A program made the position numbers and the translations under genes. A stretch of DNA of 36,262 nucleotides, taken from contig NC_068996.1 of NCBI RefSeq assembly GCF_001194135.2, forward strand, positions 57,274,953 to 57,311,214, in the 5' to 3' direction. This DNA is from Octopus bimaculoides (taxonomy: Eukaryota). Shown here one piece after another: positions 34,304 to 36,262 of the stretch. Numbering within the stretch: position 1 is the first letter of the stretch; each line of letters starts with the position of its first letter. Under the pieces are notes generated by a model. The model searched no databases. It was not told where the DNA came from and worked only from the letters and a program-made list of their open reading frames with translations.

Positions 34304-35685
34304 TGGCAACGAGTATAGCGAAGAATTCTGGGTAGAAGTAGGGGTTCATCAAGGATCTGTCCTCAGACCCCTCTTGTTCATCATAGTCCGCCAGGCAATA
34401 ACAGAGGAATTCAAGACAGGCTGCTTCTGGGAGCTTGTCTATGCTGATGACCTTGCTCTTACCAGAACTAGAGAAGTTTCAGGTGAGGAAGCAAGGTCTA
34501 GAATCTAAGGGCCTTAGAGTTAACCTAGCAAAAACTGAAGTCTTAGTAAGTAGGAAGGCAGACAAATCAGAAATCCCTTCAGGGAGATGGCCCTGCTTGA
34601 TCTGTAGAAAAGGCGTAGGTAGAAACACCATAAGATGTATCCAGTGTAAGCTATGGACACATAAGAGGTGCAGCAATATCAAAGGAAGGCTAACTAGGAA
34701 GATAGTTTTTGTATGTGGAAGTTGCACAGGTGCAATAAACACCATAAATGTACAGAAAACAGATTCCATCACCTACTAGGGGAAAAACTAAAAGTAGTTG
34801 ATAGCTTCCGTTACCTAGGTGACCAAGTCAGTAGTGGGGGGAGGTGCTCTGAGAGCGTAGCTGCTAGAATAAGAATAGCCTGGGCAAAGTTCAGAGAGCT
34901 CCTAACTCTGCTGGTGACAAAGGGCTTCTCACTCAAAGTAAAAGATAGACAGTATGATACATGGGCTGTAACTGCTGAGGACATGTGTAGGTTTGAAAGA
35001 AATGAAGCTACTATGCTCTGCTGGATGTGTAATGTCAGTGTGCATGCATGTCAGTGTAAGCACCCTGAGAGAAAATTTGGACACAAGAAGAATCAGATGT
35101 AGTGTGCAAGAGAGACGACTGCACTGGTATGGTCATGTGTTGTGAATGAATGAGGACAGCTGTGTGAAGAAGTATCATACCCTAACAGTGGAGGGAACCT
35201 GTGGAAGAGGTAGAGGCAGGAAGACATGAGATAAGATGGTGAAGTATTACCTTTGAACATAGGGCCTCACAGAGGCAATGACAAGCAACTGAGACCTTTA
35301 GAGATATGCTGTGATTGAGAAGACCCAGAAAGCCAAGTGAGATCGAAGTTGTGACTGATGCCAGTGTCTCATAACTGACCTGTTTAAAAGCACCCTTCAG
35401 TCATTGGGCAATATGCCATGCTTGTGAAGACCTGTTGAACCAAATGAAGTCGTAGCTGTGGCCAATGTCAGTGCTGCCTGACTGGCACCTGTACTGATGG
35501 CATGTAAAAAACACCCACTACATTCTGGAGTGGTTGGCATAAGGAAGGGCATCCAGCTGTAGAAACCTTACCAAATCAGATCAGGACCTGGTGCAGCTCC
35601 CCAAGTTTACCAGTTTTCAGTCAAACCATCCAACCCATACCAGCATGGAAAGTGGACATTAAACAACAATGATGATGGTAATGAT
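34304..35685 (+). mobile_element. RTE-clade LINE with RT domain and embedded PHD finger (frameshifted)
   Basis: VGVHQGSVLRPLLF and YADDL RT motifs, GLRVNLAKTEV, a C4HC3 finger, then DSFRYLGD and the same C-terminus and 3' tail as 23495-24646. The 5' part is lost in the gap. Confidence 0.92.
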
Positions 35686-35726
35686 CCAAGTTTGTATGGT
35701 TGTGTATAGAAGAATATATCTTAATC

Positions 35727-36004
35727 AATGAAATTCCAACTTTGTCTGATTTTCACATTTTATTATTTGCAATTTTTACAATTTTTACAATTTTACAATG
35801 TTGAAATAAACTAGTACTTTCGTACGTTATGCAATCATCAGGTTTATTTAGTGACAGTCCTGTTGCACAGTTGACACAGTTGTCAATTGCAGAACATGAC
35901 TGTCGCTAAATAAACCTGATGATTGCATAACGTACGAAAGTACTAGTTTGTTTCAACATTGTAAAATTGCAAAATAATAAAACATGGAAATCAGACATTT
36001 CATT
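35727..36004. repeat. Long inverted repeat (72-bp core arms, 2 mismatches, imperfect extensions)
   Basis: 35788-35859 pairs with 35898-35969, mismatched only at 35807/35950 and 35852/35905; the outer arms continue with indels. Confidence 0.95.
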
Positions 36005-36262
36005 CATTATATATATATATATATATATATATAATAAAGTAAAGTTGTGGAATACTGTACGAGTGGAAATATATATGAAAGAAGGTTTGAAAATGCACTT
36101 ATTTTTTTTTAAATATTTATTTACTTAACCGGTTTCACTTTTTTAGAAAAAGATTATCAAAAGTCTTTGAGAATAATAAAAAATGTTAAAAAACAGTTCG
36201 AGAATTAAAATGCATATATACATTCTTTGATGATAAAATATATTTAAAGTATAAAGCTTTGT

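Overview
AT-rich, microsatellite-dense animal genomic DNA with five assembly gaps, probably a coleoid cephalopod such as Octopus (inferred from the repeat landscape, not from a search). The window holds six consecutive + strand coding exons of a kinesin-11 family gene (KIF26A/B / vab-8-like): 1573-1731, 7766-7858, 18017-18161, 25064-25226, 26407-29974 and 31913-32136. All have AG/GT boundaries and matching phases, giving about 1450 codons; both ends of the gene lie outside the window. The introns carry decayed mobile elements: RTE LINE 3' ends, three R4/Dong-type RLE retroelement fragments at TAA tracts, two mariner remnants and one other Tc1/mariner-superfamily remnant, tRNA-derived SINEs and a Helentron/HINE-like element. 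The most notable observations are several unrelated long near-perfect intronic palindromes, a C4HC3 PHD finger embedded in the reverse transcriptase of an RTE LINE, and repeated WVDGP and SSPxxQxK motifs in the 3.57-kb tail exon. There are no prokaryotic features, CRISPR arrays, rRNA genes or true tRNA genes. Most short ORFs in the track are microsatellite or N-gap artefacts.
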